From the NCBI GenBank assembly GCA_034419095.1, contig DAOULQ010000005.1:1024-65023 (forward strand): DNA of 64,000 bases, written 5' to 3'. This DNA is from Anaerolineae bacterium. Its GTDB lineage: Bacteria; Chloroflexota; Anaerolineae; UBA7937. Of the stretch, positions 1 through 9,603 are shown piece after piece; the stretch's first letter is position 1, and each line of letters begins with the position of its first letter. Below the pieces are notes generated by a model. That model searched no databases. It was not told the origin of the DNA and saw only the letters and a list, made by a program, of their open reading frames with translations. The translations under genes were made by a program, and so were the position numbers.

Positions 1-2
1 AA

Positions 3-479
3 CAGTTGGCCCCGGCTATGGAAAAAGCCTTCCAGTGGGACACCACCTGCCTGGTGGAGGAGCTACTTAAGGGCACGGAAATCACCTGCGGAGTGATAGG
101 CAACGAAAACCCCATCGCCTTTCTCCCCACCGAGACACCCCCGCGCGGCGATTTCCTCACCGTGGAGGAGAAGTTCCTGCCCGGCGAGGGAGAGAATATC
201 ACCCCCGCTCGCCTCCCCCAGGAGATGACAAAGAAGGTACAGGAGGTAATGGTTGAGGCATACAAAGCCTTGGGAACGAAAGTCTACGCCCGCATCGACG
301 GCTTCATAGTCGATGGGGAGGTGATAATCACTGAGACCAACACCCTCCCCGGCATGACCCCCTCCACCTGTATCTTCCACCAGGCCGCCGAAGAGGGGAT
401 GAGCCCCATGGACCTGGTTACCAAAGTGATCGAGTTATCCTTGGAAGCCCATAGCCGAAAGAAAGGGCCGCTGGCCTGA
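3..479 (+). CDS. ddl: D-alanine--D-alanine ligase, C-terminal fragment (5' end outside window)
   Basis: ORF open to window edge. ATP-grasp C-terminal region ...IITETNTLPGMTPSTCIFHQAAEEGMS... is typical of Ddl. Confidence 0.85.
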   Translation, partial: QLAPAMEKAFQWDTTCLVEELLKGTEITCGVIGNENPIAFLPTETPPRGDFLTVEEKFLPGEGENITPARLPQEMTKKVQEVMVEAYKALGTKVYARIDGFIVDGEVIITETNTLPGMTPSTCIFHQAAEEGMSPMDLVTKVIELSLEAHSRKKGPLA

Positions 480-535
480 ATGATTACATGGCTTAGGTAG
501 CAAGCGAAAGAGTGTCACAGGGCAAGCATATAAGT

Positions 536-561
536 GGCGTCAGATGTTACCATCTGACGCC
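536..561. repeat. REP-like perfect hairpin GGCGTCAGATG-TTAC-CATCTGACGCC
   Basis: 11-bp perfect stem read directly. The same words (GGCGTCAG ... GATGTTACCATCTGACGC) recur at 1749-1799. Confidence 0.75.
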
Positions 562-630
562 CTTGGACTAATGCCTCATCCGACTGTTAGGAGGTAGTCC
601 CCGACAGCCCCGTAAATTTTCACGCTTCAC

Positions 631-661
631 GCTTGTCCTGGATTTGAAATCCAGGACAAGC
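631..661. repeat. 31-nt perfect palindrome GCTTGTCCTGGATTT-G-AAATCCAGGACAAGC
   Basis: Perfect 15+1+15 palindrome between convergent ddl and rph. Sister copy with the same core and different outer arms at 9604-9634. Confidence 0.8.
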
Positions 662-674
662 GATATCCATAGCC

Positions 675-1391
675 TCATCGCCCCTTAGATAGGGCCTCCT
701 TCTGAGCCACCAGCAACTCCTCTATACCCTTCTGGGCCAGGTCCAAGAGCCTCTCCATCATCTGGCGAGAGAAAGGTCCCCCTTCTCCCGTCCCCTGCAC
801 CTCCACATACTCCCCTTCCGCGGTCATCACCACATTGAAATCCACCTGCGCTTGCCAATCTTCCTCATAGGTGAGATCCAGGAGAGGCTCGTCCTGTAAC
901 ACCCCCACGCTGACAGCAGCCACTTGGGTCCTGAGGATACCAGGCGGGAGGAGTCCGCCTTGAATCAGTTTACGCAGGGCTATGGCCAAGGCCACATAAC
1001 CCCCAGTGATGGCAGCGGTGCGCGTCCCCCCATCGGCCTGGAGGACATCACAATCTATGATCACCGTCCGCTCTCCCAAGAGGCGTAGATCCACCGCCAC
1101 ACGCAAGGCTCGGCCGATGAGACGGCGGATCTCAAGGGTGCGGCCGCCTAAGCCCCGGGTCTCCCGGGGGGTGCGCTGGCGGGTGGAGCGGGGCAACATA
1201 GCGTACTCACCGGTGACCCACCCCTGCGCCTGTTCCCTCAACCAACGGGGTACCATCTCCTCCACGCTAGCGGTGCAGATAACGCGGGTCTCCCCCACCT
1301 CTATGAGCGCCGACCCCTCCGGATAATCCAGATACCCTGGGGTGATCTTCACCGGCCGCATCTCATCGTGTTTCCGGCCATCGAAACGCAT
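675..1391 (-). CDS. rph: ribonuclease PH
   Basis: 238 aa. MRFDGRKHDEMRPVKIT..., GETRVICTASVEE and QADGGTRTAAITG motifs are characteristic of RNase PH. Confidence 0.92.
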   Translation of the reverse strand: MRFDGRKHDEMRPVKITPGYLDYPEGSALIEVGETRVICTASVEEMVPRWLREQAQGWVTGEYAMLPRSTRQRTPRETRGLGGRTLEIRRLIGRALRVAVDLRLLGERTVIIDCDVLQADGGTRTAAITGGYVALAIALRKLIQGGLLPPGILRTQVAAVSVGVLQDEPLLDLTYEEDWQAQVDFNVVMTAEGEYVEVQGTGEGGPFSRQMMERLLDLAQKGIEELLVAQKEALSKGR

Positions 1392-1879
1392 CCTCGCTCC
1401 CTTCTAGACGAAGACATAACTTATTTTTGGTGGCGTCAGCCTGCCCCTGGCCCGCCCGTGCTGTACGTAAAGTACAGGGTGCGAAGCATTGATGCTAGGA
1501 CGGGCTGGCGATGACAGGCCAGGTGAGGTAACTCCTGCCAACACAAGCACCTGTTTGTAGGGGCGGGGTTTATCCCCGCCCGCTTCACCCCCCACGACGC
1601 AGATATCGTTATCTGATGCTATAGATAGTGGGAGGCCACAAGGGCCTCCCCTACTTTGCCCTTGGGTAATGACTCAACCGGCTGTCCCTCGGGATCCCGT
1701 AGGGAAAGCCTCGATCCCCCATTCCCATCAGGAATGGGTCATTCTGGTGGCGTCAGCCCGCCCTGGCATCGTCGGGCCAGGGATGTTACCATCTGACGCT
1801 TCTGGCTAGCACTGGAATAGGGTCAAGCAGGGGGAGAGCGCACAGGTCACACTCTTCCCCCAATCACTCGTCGAGCATT
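1392..1879. repeat. ~490-bp intergenic block packed with serial and nested REP-like hairpins
   Basis: Hairpins read directly: CTGTAC-GTAA-AGTACAG, GGGCGGGG-TTTA-TCCCCGCCC, GGGAGGCC-ACAA-GGGCCTCCC, CATTCCC-ATCA-GGAATG, and nested GGCGTCAG...CCCTGGC...GCCAGGG...CTGACGC. Also contains GTCCCTCGGGATCCCGTAGGGAAAG (1684-1708), the same word as the 45.4-kb repeats. Confidence 0.65.
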
Positions 1880-2917
1880 CTACCCTATCTTCGTTCCGCA
1901 GTTGGGACAGAACTTGGAGCCCGCGGGGACATCGGCTTTGCAGTTGGGGCAGATCATCTCCTCCCCGATCTTGGCCCCGCATTGAGGGCAGAACTTGGAA
2001 CCGGCTGGGATCTGGGCCGAGCAACTGGGACAGAGCATAGTGGGCGGCTGGGCTCCGGCCTGCATGGCCTGGGTCATCATCCCAGCCATCATGGCTCCCA
2101 TCCCCACGCCAGCCCCCAAGCCCATACCCGCCTGGGCCAGACCGCCTCCTTCGCCTGCGGGGGCACCTGCCGCCTCCTCCAAGGCCCGCGCGGCCTTGAA
2201 CTGGAGGTAAGCCTGCATGTTGCCGATGGCTCCCATGGCCGCCCGCTCGTCGATAGCCTTGGCCGTCTCCTCCGTGGGCGAGATATTGCTCACGTAGAGG
2301 GCCTTCAGGTCGATCCCCAGGGCCTCGAAGTCATCTTGGGCCTTGACCTTGGTCCCCGCCCCTACCTCGTCGTACATACTTGGCAACTCGAAGAGGGACT
2401 TCTGCGTCTCCCCCAAGAGGTCAGTGAGGTTGGAGATGAGGATACTGCGTAAGAAATTGCCTATATCCGCCGTCTCATAGAGACCCTGAGTCCCTACGAT
2501 CTTGGTGACGAAGAGTTGAGGCTCTTTTATCTGCATAGAATAGGTGCCGAAAGCCCGCAACCGCACCATCCCTAAGTCAGTGTCCCGCAGAGCGATCGCT
2601 TCCGGGGTTCCCCACTTCTGATCCAAGAACTCCCGCATGTTGACGAAGTAGACTTCGGCCTTGAAGGGGGTCTCGCCGCTGAACGCCTTGCCGATGAGGT
2701 TCACCAAGAGCGGTATGTTGGCCGTGGCTATGGTATGTCTCCCGGGCTCAAGGGTATCCAGCGCCTTCCCATCACGGTAGAAGACCGCCGCCTGGGCCTC
2801 CCGCACGATCAACTGAGAGCCGATGCGGAAATCCCCAGAGCCCTGTTCCGGGATCCGATGGACCATCTCCCTCCCCGAGGGGTCGAACCATTCGATTATG
2901 TCAAATATCCTAGGCAT
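1880..2917 (-). CDS. SPFH (band-7)-type protein, YdjI-like, with Gly/Ala/Met-rich linker and two C-terminal CxxC...CxxC zinc-ribbon motifs
   Basis: 345 aa. The N-terminal ~270 aa resemble the COG4260 'virion core protein-like' SPFH family. C-terminus has CPSCSAQIPAGSKFCPQCG and CPNCKADVPAGSKFCPNCG. GGAGG-type RBS upstream. Confidence 0.75.
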   Translation of the reverse strand: MPRIFDIIEWFDPSGREMVHRIPEQGSGDFRIGSQLIVREAQAAVFYRDGKALDTLEPGRHTIATANIPLLVNLIGKAFSGETPFKAEVYFVNMREFLDQKWGTPEAIALRDTDLGMVRLRAFGTYSMQIKEPQLFVTKIVGTQGLYETADIGNFLRSILISNLTDLLGETQKSLFELPSMYDEVGAGTKVKAQDDFEALGIDLKALYVSNISPTEETAKAIDERAAMGAIGNMQAYLQFKAARALEEAAGAPAGEGGGLAQAGMGLGAGVGMGAMMAGMMTQAMQAGAQPPTMLCPSCSAQIPAGSKFCPQCGAKIGEEMICPNCKADVPAGSKFCPNCGTKIG

Positions 2918-2957
2918 CTTTCCCTCCTCCCTTATCTGATTTGGTGCTCTGTCTCAA

Positions 2958-3497
2958 TTAGCCCTCCTCGCTCGCTGCGGTCTCCACCAGACCGAGTATC
3001 ACATCCATCCTCTTGCTGAAGGTGGTATTGATCTCCTCCAGAAGGGAGACCAGATCCTCGCCGGCGGCGGCTATCACCTCCGCCGCGGTGGCGGCAGCCA
3101 AACTATCTAACTTTTCCGACAACCGATCCACCCCCGCAGCCAGGACGTAGTCATAATCATAGAGGGCATCCAACTCCTCCTGTTTTACCTTCACCGCGTC
3201 AAAGAGACCAGCATGGCCATAAGCGGCCGTCCTAAGACGGTCGATAAGGAGTTGTAGTCTCATCATGGCCCGCTCCAAGGCCACCACTGCCTTAAGTTCT
3301 CCCGCCTCGACGAGTCGAGACTGAACACCAGTGAGCCTTCCCCGCTGCTCCTCGAACCGGCGCACCAGGTGCATCCGCAGGAGTTTGTCCGCTTCCCGTC
3401 GCAACTCCTTCTCTTTGTACCCCTTGTAGCCCGGGATGACCCCGGCAAGCCTCTCCAACGCTTCCCGGGCGCCGGCTACCCTTTTCCTCAGATCCAT
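2958..3497 (-). CDS. coiled-coil hypothetical protein (SPFH operon member)
   Basis: Start moved to MDLRKRV..., which is preceded by AAGGAGGGAGG. Helical heptad-rich sequence. Tightly packed between neighbouring genes. Confidence 0.55.
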   Translation of the reverse strand: MDLRKRVAGAREALERLAGVIPGYKGYKEKELRREADKLLRMHLVRRFEEQRGRLTGVQSRLVEAGELKAVVALERAMMRLQLLIDRLRTAAYGHAGLFDAVKVKQEELDALYDYDYVLAAGVDRLSEKLDSLAAATAAEVIAAAGEDLVSLLEEINTTFSKRMDVILGLVETAASEEG

Positions 3498-3507
3498 ACC
3501 TCCCTCC

Positions 3508-4026
3508 TTATAAGAAGAGTTCCGCGCCGCAATATTCACACTTGACTATGCCCTTGCCCACGAACTCCCTGGTGGCACCACAATTAGGGCACTTGTTGGT
3601 CTCCATCTCGGCCGCTTCCTTGGCGTAGAGTACCCCCTCCTTCCAGTCGATATAGCCGGTGAAGAGCCCCTTCCCCACCAAATCGTAGATGTAACCTTTC
3701 ACCTGGTCGCGACTCACGTTCAGTTCTAAGGCCACATCCGAGACCCGCGCCCTTCCCTGGGTCTGAACCATGTTTAGGACCCTCTTCTCCTTCTCCACCT
3801 GGGCGAACTCCCGGGTCTCCTCCCGGCCTCGGATGAGCAAGAAGCCGCCAGCGCCCAGGGTGGGAGCCACCAGAACTATGAGCACCAGGGCCAGCCCCAA
3901 GATGAAACCTGTTATCTGCAACTGGCCGCTGGCCACGTTGGAGAGGAGCCAGAGGCCTGCTACCACTCCCAGTGCTAGACCAACGAGGATGAGGATCACC
4001 CCAGTGAGCCTTCCTTGTCCAACCAC
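3508..4026 (-). CDS. membrane protein (2 TM) with wHTH-like segment and C-terminal zinc ribbon
   Basis: 172 aa, GTG start with AGGAGG 8 nt upstream. Two hydrophobic helices. C-terminus CPNCGATREF...CEYCGAELF. Confidence 0.6.
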   Translation of the reverse strand: MVGQGRLTGVILILVGLALGVVAGLWLLSNVASGQLQITGFILGLALVLIVLVAPTLGAGGFLLIRGREETREFAQVEKEKRVLNMVQTQGRARVSDVALELNVSRDQVKGYIYDLVGKGLFTGYIDWKEGVLYAKEAAEMETNKCPNCGATREFVGKGIVKCEYCGAELFL

Positions 4027-4092
4027 GATAACGCCTCCTAGGTATCAATCTGGCTCTATTATACAGAGGAAAGCAAAGGTCAACAAGAGCGG

Positions 4093-5958
4093 CTAGCCAG
4101 CGCCACCCCCGCCACCTCCGCCACCGCCTCCGCCTCCGCCACCACCGCCACCACCGCCTCCGCTCCAGCCGCCACCACCGCCCGAACTGCTAGGAGCACT
4201 GGAAAAGGTGGAGCCAGCGGAATTGAGAAGCGAGACCAGCCCATCGCTCATCGACTGGAGCGAGGTGGCCATGCCATCGCTCACCCCTTGCAGGGAGGGC
4301 AGCCCTACTCCCCTACCACCACTGATCGGTCCCCCTGCTCTGCCCCCCCCTCCAGTGTAGATCACAGGAGGATAGGAGGTATACCACTCCGGGGCGGGGG
4401 CCCCCGCGGCAGCGAATTTGCGCACCCAACTCTGCTCCAGGCCGAAAGCGATGGCGTAAGGTAGATACCGGTCGAAGATATCCTTGGCTTCCTTGAGGTC
4501 TGTGTAGCGCTCGATATTCTCCAGGTAACGCTTGAAGGCTCGCCATTTCGCAGCCGCCATCGACCCTTCACCGCTTTTGCGAGGCATAAATCGCCCAAAG
4601 ATGATCACACCCAGGAAGGCTAGCCCCACCCCGATGAAGGGGAAGATCGCCAGGGGCGTGATAGCGCTCAAAGGGACCATGGCACAGAAACCCAAGACGC
4701 CAGAGAGGACCATCCCGGCCACACCCAAGCCGGTGTAGATATTGCGCGTCCGCTCCGGGCTCTGGGTGAAGAAGCCCATCTTCACCACTTCCTCATACAA
4801 CTGCTTCTGTAGGGTGGGGATATCCTTGTAGAACTTGTTCTTCAGATCGGACAAATCCTTCCTGCTGCGATGGCCGAAGATCTTCCGAATGAGGGTGCGT
4901 TCATATCCCCTTAAACCCTCTTCCTGGCCGGTTCGCTCGAAGGTGAAATCTCGGTGAGTGCCGATGCCCAAGAAGCCCCTCTCCTCGATCTCCTGCATCC
5001 GTATGACACCTCGTCGAGCCAGATCCACCATGGTGGCCACGATATCTTTCATATCGGCATGCTCATCGAGGAGGGTGCCCACCACACCAGCAGGAAGGTC
5101 GCTGGGCGGCTCAGCCAAGTAGTCGGCGGGCATCCGGATGGGGCGATCCCGCCCTCTAGTATACCAGAGGGTATAGAGCCCCAGGAAAGCGGCTAATGGT
5201 ACGAAGAGGCCCAGGCAAAGAGAGCCCAGGTTAGCCAAGGGGCGAATCGAGGCTCTACGCTCCTCCGCTGCAACTCTAAGATCGTCCGCCGCTTGCCAAG
5301 AGGGAGCGCTCCCCTCGACAATGCCATGGGGGAACTGCACCCTCACCTCCAACTCCCGCCCAGGGCTTATATCCTGAGCCACGAAGACCACCGTCCTCGC
5401 GTCGCGGATGTCGTACTGAGCATCCCAGCCGTAGGTAGCCACCTTCTGTACCTCTTCTACCCCCTCTGGCAGATGGACGGTCACCGTCGAGGAGCGGACC
5501 ACGAAATCCCGATCGGAGAAGACCGCCTTCCACCACACCTGGTCGCCGCCTTCGTAGATGCGGAGGCCACCTTGCACTAGGTAACTGATAATATAGGTGC
5601 GAGTGGCATCCTGGGTATAGGGGAAATAGACCTTTATCACGTAGTCGCCATCATCGTAATAGGTCTCATAGGTGTAAGGATCCTCTCGCCCGGGCACCGT
5701 TGCCTTGCCGTCTACCAAGACCTCCACCAGGCTTATATCTTCCAAGCGACCGGTGGGGACACTGCGATAGATGAAGTGGAAACTGCCTTCGGTGAAAGCG
5801 AGTTCCCAGGTCTCGGTAACCAGGATATCGGAGTTCTTCTGCACGGTGATATCCACGTCCAGCCGCTTCCAATAGTACTCCTTGTCCTGGGCCTGGACAC
5901 CCCCTACCAGACCTAAGAACAGGATGACGATCAGCGCTATAGAGACTTTTCTATCCAT
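4093..5958 (-). CDS. DUF2207-like membrane protein with poly-glycine C-terminal tail
   Basis: Start set at MDRKVSIALIVILFLGLVGGVQA (signal-like, GGGAGGAG RBS). Extracellular beta-rich N-half, TM helices, and a tail ...GGGGGWSGGGGGGGGGGGGGGGGGGGGAG. Confidence 0.7.
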   Translation of the reverse strand: MDRKVSIALIVILFLGLVGGVQAQDKEYYWKRLDVDITVQKNSDILVTETWELAFTEGSFHFIYRSVPTGRLEDISLVEVLVDGKATVPGREDPYTYETYYDDGDYVIKVYFPYTQDATRTYIISYLVQGGLRIYEGGDQVWWKAVFSDRDFVVRSSTVTVHLPEGVEEVQKVATYGWDAQYDIRDARTVVFVAQDISPGRELEVRVQFPHGIVEGSAPSWQAADDLRVAAEERRASIRPLANLGSLCLGLFVPLAAFLGLYTLWYTRGRDRPIRMPADYLAEPPSDLPAGVVGTLLDEHADMKDIVATMVDLARRGVIRMQEIEERGFLGIGTHRDFTFERTGQEEGLRGYERTLIRKIFGHRSRKDLSDLKNKFYKDIPTLQKQLYEEVVKMGFFTQSPERTRNIYTGLGVAGMVLSGVLGFCAMVPLSAITPLAIFPFIGVGLAFLGVIIFGRFMPRKSGEGSMAAAKWRAFKRYLENIERYTDLKEAKDIFDRYLPYAIAFGLEQSWVRKFAAAGAPAPEWYTSYPPVIYTGGGGRAGGPISGGRGVGLPSLQGVSDGMATSLQSMSDGLVSLLNSAGSTFSSAPSSSGGGGGWSGGGGGGGGGGGGGGGGGGGGAG

Positions 5959-6031
5959 CGTCTCTCTCCTCCCAGGTAGGCTAAAAACATTATACCCCAA
6001 TTGGCGACTCAAGGGAAGGGGGCAAGAAGTC

Positions 6032-6601
6032 CTAACCTGGTTGGGCTTCTGCCTCTCTTAGCGAATAGAAGCAAAGCAGGGTACTCCCATATCTTCTACG
6101 CTCTTGGAGTCCCAAGGTTTCAAGCCTCAACTCCTCATATTCCTTGGGGTGCATCTGGGCGATAACCAACCCCTCTAGTTTAAGAACTCCCTGATGGCTG
6201 TCCAAAGCCCGCAAGGTCTCGGCCCAAAGCCCTCGATACTGGGGTGGTGCTAGATATACGATATCGAAGGGGGCCACTGCCCCCTTCCGGATAAAGCGAA
6301 AGACGTCCCCTCGTATGACCTGGGCTCTATCCGTCAAGCCGGTGAGAGTCAGGTTCTCCTTGATCAACTCAACCGCCTTTCGACCCTGCTCCACGAAGAC
6401 GGCCCTTTCCGATCCTCTACTGAGGGCCTCTATGCCCACGCTCCCCGTGCCGGCGAAAAGGTCGAGGAAGTGTGCCCCCTCCAGCCTAGGCCCCAGGATG
6501 TCGAAAAGGGCCTCCTTCACCCGGTCGGTGATGGGGCGCGTAGCAGAGCCCGGCAGGGACTTTAACCGTCTCCCCTTGGCTATTCCGGCGATAACCCGCA
6601 C
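6032..6601 (-). CDS. rsmD: 16S rRNA (guanine966-N2)-methyltransferase RsmD
   Basis: 189 aa. MRVIAGIAKGRRLKSLPG..TRPITDRVKEALFDIL and DLFAGTGSVGIEALSRG motifs. GTG start directly abuts the valS stop. Confidence 0.85.
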   Translation of the reverse strand: MRVIAGIAKGRRLKSLPGSATRPITDRVKEALFDILGPRLEGAHFLDLFAGTGSVGIEALSRGSERAVFVEQGRKAVELIKENLTLTGLTDRAQVIRGDVFRFIRKGAVAPFDIVYLAPPQYRGLWAETLRALDSHQGVLKLEGLVIAQMHPKEYEELRLETLGLQERRRYGSTLLCFYSLREAEAQPG

Positions 6602-9277
6602 TTAGGACAGTTCCTCCAACTTCTCCAAGAGCCTCTCCTTCTCCTCCTCAAACCTGGCCAGTTTCTCCCGCTCCCGTTCTTGCACATCTAGAGGAGCCTT
6701 GGCTCTGAAGTTCTCATTGTCTAGCAGGGCTTTCGCCCTGGCGATTTCCCCATCCAGTCGCAAAATCTGTTTGTTCAGACGCTCTCGTTCTTCCTCTTTA
6801 TCTATTTCGATCTCTAAAATGGTAGAAAAGGTGCCGGTTACGATGGGAACGCCGTCAAGGGGCTTTGCTAGCGAGGGTACCCAATCTTGCTCCTCCACTC
6901 CGGCTAGCCTCTCGAAGGTCGCTCCCTCCCCCATCAACAACTGGTGAAGATCACCCATCTCCGTGTGCGCCAAAGGCACAACTCCGGGCTCCAATCTCTC
7001 CTCCGCCTTCCAGTTGCGGATGGCCCGGATATGCTCCCAGAGGGTCTCTTGGACCTGTTCCGCCTCCTCGTCTACCGGCCCCGCTTCCGGCCAAGGAGCG
7101 ATAATGAGGCTCCCCCCCTCATGAGGAAGATGCTGCCATATCTCCTCGGTGACGAAGGGCATGAAGGGGTGCAAGAGCCGCAAAGCCCGCTCTAACACAT
7201 AGACCAGAACGTGGCGCGTCCTCTCCTTCGCCTTCTCGTCATTGCCGTAGAGGGCCACCTTGCTGGCCTCGATGTACCAGTCGCAATACTCCCCCCAAAG
7301 GAACTCATATATCTGACGCCCCGCCTCGCCAAACTGATACCCTTCCATGAGGCGATTCACCTCACCCATGAGCCGGTTATGCCGGCTGAGGATCCAACGA
7401 TCAGGTGGGGTAAGGTCATACTCCCAGGGATCGAGTAAGTCGTACTCCTCAGATAGATTGCTGGTCACGAAGCGAGCGGCGTTCCATATCTTGTTGGCGA
7501 AGTTGCGGCTAGCCTCCACCTGCTGCAGAGAGAGCCTCATATCGTTACCGGGAGTGCTGCCGGTCATGAGGGTGAAGCGCAAGGCGTCGGTGCCGTACTC
7601 GTCCATCACCTCCAAGGGGTCGATAACGTTGCCTTTGGAGCGGCTCATCTTCTCACCATGTTCATCCCTGACTAAGCCGTGCAGATAGACGATATGGAAG
7701 GGGACATCGCCCGCGCACTCCAACCCCATCATGATCATCCGCGCCACCCAGAAGAAGAGGATATCATAGGCCGTCTCCATCACCGTCGTGGGGTAGAAAT
7801 AGCGCAGATCCTCGGTATCATCAGGCCAGCCCAAGGTGGAGAAAGGCCATAGCGCCGAGGAGAACCAAGTGTCCAGGATATCGGGGTCCTGGCGAAGGTT
7901 CGTCCCCTTGCAACTCATACACTCACGGGGTTCATCGATAGAGACGATGACCCCTCGGCAATCGTCACAGTACCAGACAGGGATGCGGTGCCCCCACCAG
8001 AGTTGCCGGGAGATACACCAGTCGCGGATATTCTCTAGCCAGTTGTAATAGACCTTGGTGAACCGCTCCGGGATGATCTCGATCCGCCCTTTGCGCACCA
8101 CATCCAAGGCTCGCTCGGCCAAGGGCTTTATCTTGACGAACCACTGCTCGGAGATGAGGGGCTCGATCATAGTATGGCAGCGCTGGCACCGCCCCGGCGC
8201 GTGGAGGTGATCCTCGACCTTGATCAACAGCCCTTCCTCCTCCAAATCAACCAGCAACCGTTCCCTAGCCTCATAACGATCCAACCCAGCATAAGGACCT
8301 GCCTCCTCGCTCATGGTGCCATCGGGGTTCATGGCGTTAACGATAGGCAGGTTATGGCGCTGGCCGATTTCGTAGTCGTTGGCATCGTGGCCTGGGGTGA
8401 CCTTCACGGCTCCAGTACCGAACCCCATATCCACCGCTCGGTCAGCGATGATGGGGATCCGACGACCCAAGATGGGTAAGATAGCCCTCTTACCCACTAA
8501 CCCCTTGTACCGCTCATCATGGGGATTGACGGCCACCGCCGTATCCCCCAGGATCGTCTCCGGCCGGGTCGTAGCCACCTCGATATATCCGCCCTTGACC
8601 AAGAGGTAACGCACCCAGTAGAGTTTACCCCGCTCCTCCTCGTGCTCCACCTCCAAGTCCGAGATAGCCGTCCCACAGCGAGGACACCAGTTGACCAGAT
8701 ACTCGCCCCGATAGATGAGACCCCTCTCATAGAGGCGGACGAAGGCCGTCCGGACCGCTTGCGAAAGGCCTTCGTCCATGGTGAACCTTTCCCGCTCCCA
8801 GTCGCAGGAGGCCCCCAGCCGCCGGAGTTGCCGGTTTATGTAACCGCCGTATCTCTCCTTCCAAGCCCAGCCTAGCCTGACAAACCACTCCCTGCCCAAA
8901 TCATGGCGGGCCAGCGGCCGACTATCTGAGGGCACCGGATACCCTATCTCCCCCAGAAGATCATCCAGTTCCCTCTTTCCCAACGCCTTTTCGATCACAT
9001 TATGAGTAGCGATGCTAGCATGGTCGTTGCCGGGCAGCCAGAGGGTGGGCTCGCCCCGCATCCGGTGCCAACGAATCATGATGTCTTGGACGGTCATGGT
9101 GAGAGCATGGCCGATATGCAATTCCCCAGTGATATTGGAGGGGGGCATGGAGATGACGAAAGGCTCATACTCTGGGTCGACCTGGGGGGTGAAATAACCC
9201 CTGCCTTCCCAAAACTCGTAGAGCCGTCCCTCAGTCGTTTTAGGATCGTAGGTCTTGGACATCTTCTGCTTACCCAT
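6602..9277 (-). CDS. valS: valine--tRNA ligase
   Basis: Class I aaRS with PPSNITGELHIGHA (HIGH) and KMSRSKGN (KMSKS) motifs and a C-terminal coiled coil. Start set at MGKQKMSKTYDPK with GGGGAGG 5 nt upstream. The longer track ORF runs into the leader. Confidence 0.95.
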   Translation of the reverse strand: MGKQKMSKTYDPKTTEGRLYEFWEGRGYFTPQVDPEYEPFVISMPPSNITGELHIGHALTMTVQDIMIRWHRMRGEPTLWLPGNDHASIATHNVIEKALGKRELDDLLGEIGYPVPSDSRPLARHDLGREWFVRLGWAWKERYGGYINRQLRRLGASCDWERERFTMDEGLSQAVRTAFVRLYERGLIYRGEYLVNWCPRCGTAISDLEVEHEEERGKLYWVRYLLVKGGYIEVATTRPETILGDTAVAVNPHDERYKGLVGKRAILPILGRRIPIIADRAVDMGFGTGAVKVTPGHDANDYEIGQRHNLPIVNAMNPDGTMSEEAGPYAGLDRYEARERLLVDLEEEGLLIKVEDHLHAPGRCQRCHTMIEPLISEQWFVKIKPLAERALDVVRKGRIEIIPERFTKVYYNWLENIRDWCISRQLWWGHRIPVWYCDDCRGVIVSIDEPRECMSCKGTNLRQDPDILDTWFSSALWPFSTLGWPDDTEDLRYFYPTTVMETAYDILFFWVARMIMMGLECAGDVPFHIVYLHGLVRDEHGEKMSRSKGNVIDPLEVMDEYGTDALRFTLMTGSTPGNDMRLSLQQVEASRNFANKIWNAARFVTSNLSEEYDLLDPWEYDLTPPDRWILSRHNRLMGEVNRLMEGYQFGEAGRQIYEFLWGEYCDWYIEASKVALYGNDEKAKERTRHVLVYVLERALRLLHPFMPFVTEEIWQHLPHEGGSLIIAPWPEAGPVDEEAEQVQETLWEHIRAIRNWKAEERLEPGVVPLAHTEMGDLHQLLMGEGATFERLAGVEEQDWVPSLAKPLDGVPIVTGTFSTILEIEIDKEEERERLNKQILRLDGEIARAKALLDNENFRAKAPLDVQEREREKLARFEEEKERLLEKLEELS

Positions 9278-9321
9278 TTGAACCTCCCCAGCATAGGTTG
9301 GGCGAGGGCACCATCGGCCCC

Positions 9322-9560
9322 TCATTAAAAACCCCTTCCATCTCCAGGACGGAAGGGGCCGCGGTACCACCTCGATTCCGGCTTAAACCGGCACTCTTCG
9401 CTATAACGGGCTCACCCGAGAGAACTTACTTATCGTTCACTCCTCTGGCTCCCAGGCGACCTTCAGCGGCTTTCGTTGCGGGGGCTTTCAGCCACTGGCC
9501 TCCCTTCTCTACCAACCCCGGTCCGCTTACTCCTCCTGTTCATCGCCTTTGCAGGGTTTG
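9322..9560 (-). promoter_or_regulatory. T-box riboswitch leader of valS (candidate Val specifier GUC)
   Basis: The minus strand carries the conserved T-box sequence GGUGGUACCGCGG (plus coordinates 9359-9371), which overlaps a terminator. Upstream are an AGAGA-type GA motif (GGUAGAGAAGGGA) and GAAGGUCGCC containing GUC (plus 9458-9460). Confidence 0.8.
9327..9360 (-). terminator. intrinsic terminator of the T-box leader
   Basis: Minus strand reads CCCCUUCC-GUCCUGGAGAU-GGAAGGGG followed by UUUUU. Confidence 0.8.
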
Positions 9561-9603
9561 AGGTTATTCTAACATGTTTTAGGGCCCGCGTCAAGACACC
9601 CAT

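Noticed and set aside
4093-4185. GGN/CCN tandem repeat as a microsatellite or non-coding repeat
   Set aside because: It lies in-frame at the 3' end of the DUF2207 gene and encodes the poly-Gly tail. It is treated as coding low complexity.
9278-9370. 31-codon N-terminal extension of valS in the track ORF
   Set aside because: It overlaps the T-box terminator and leader. MGKQKMSKTYDPK with GGGGAGG upstream is the conserved ValRS N-terminus.
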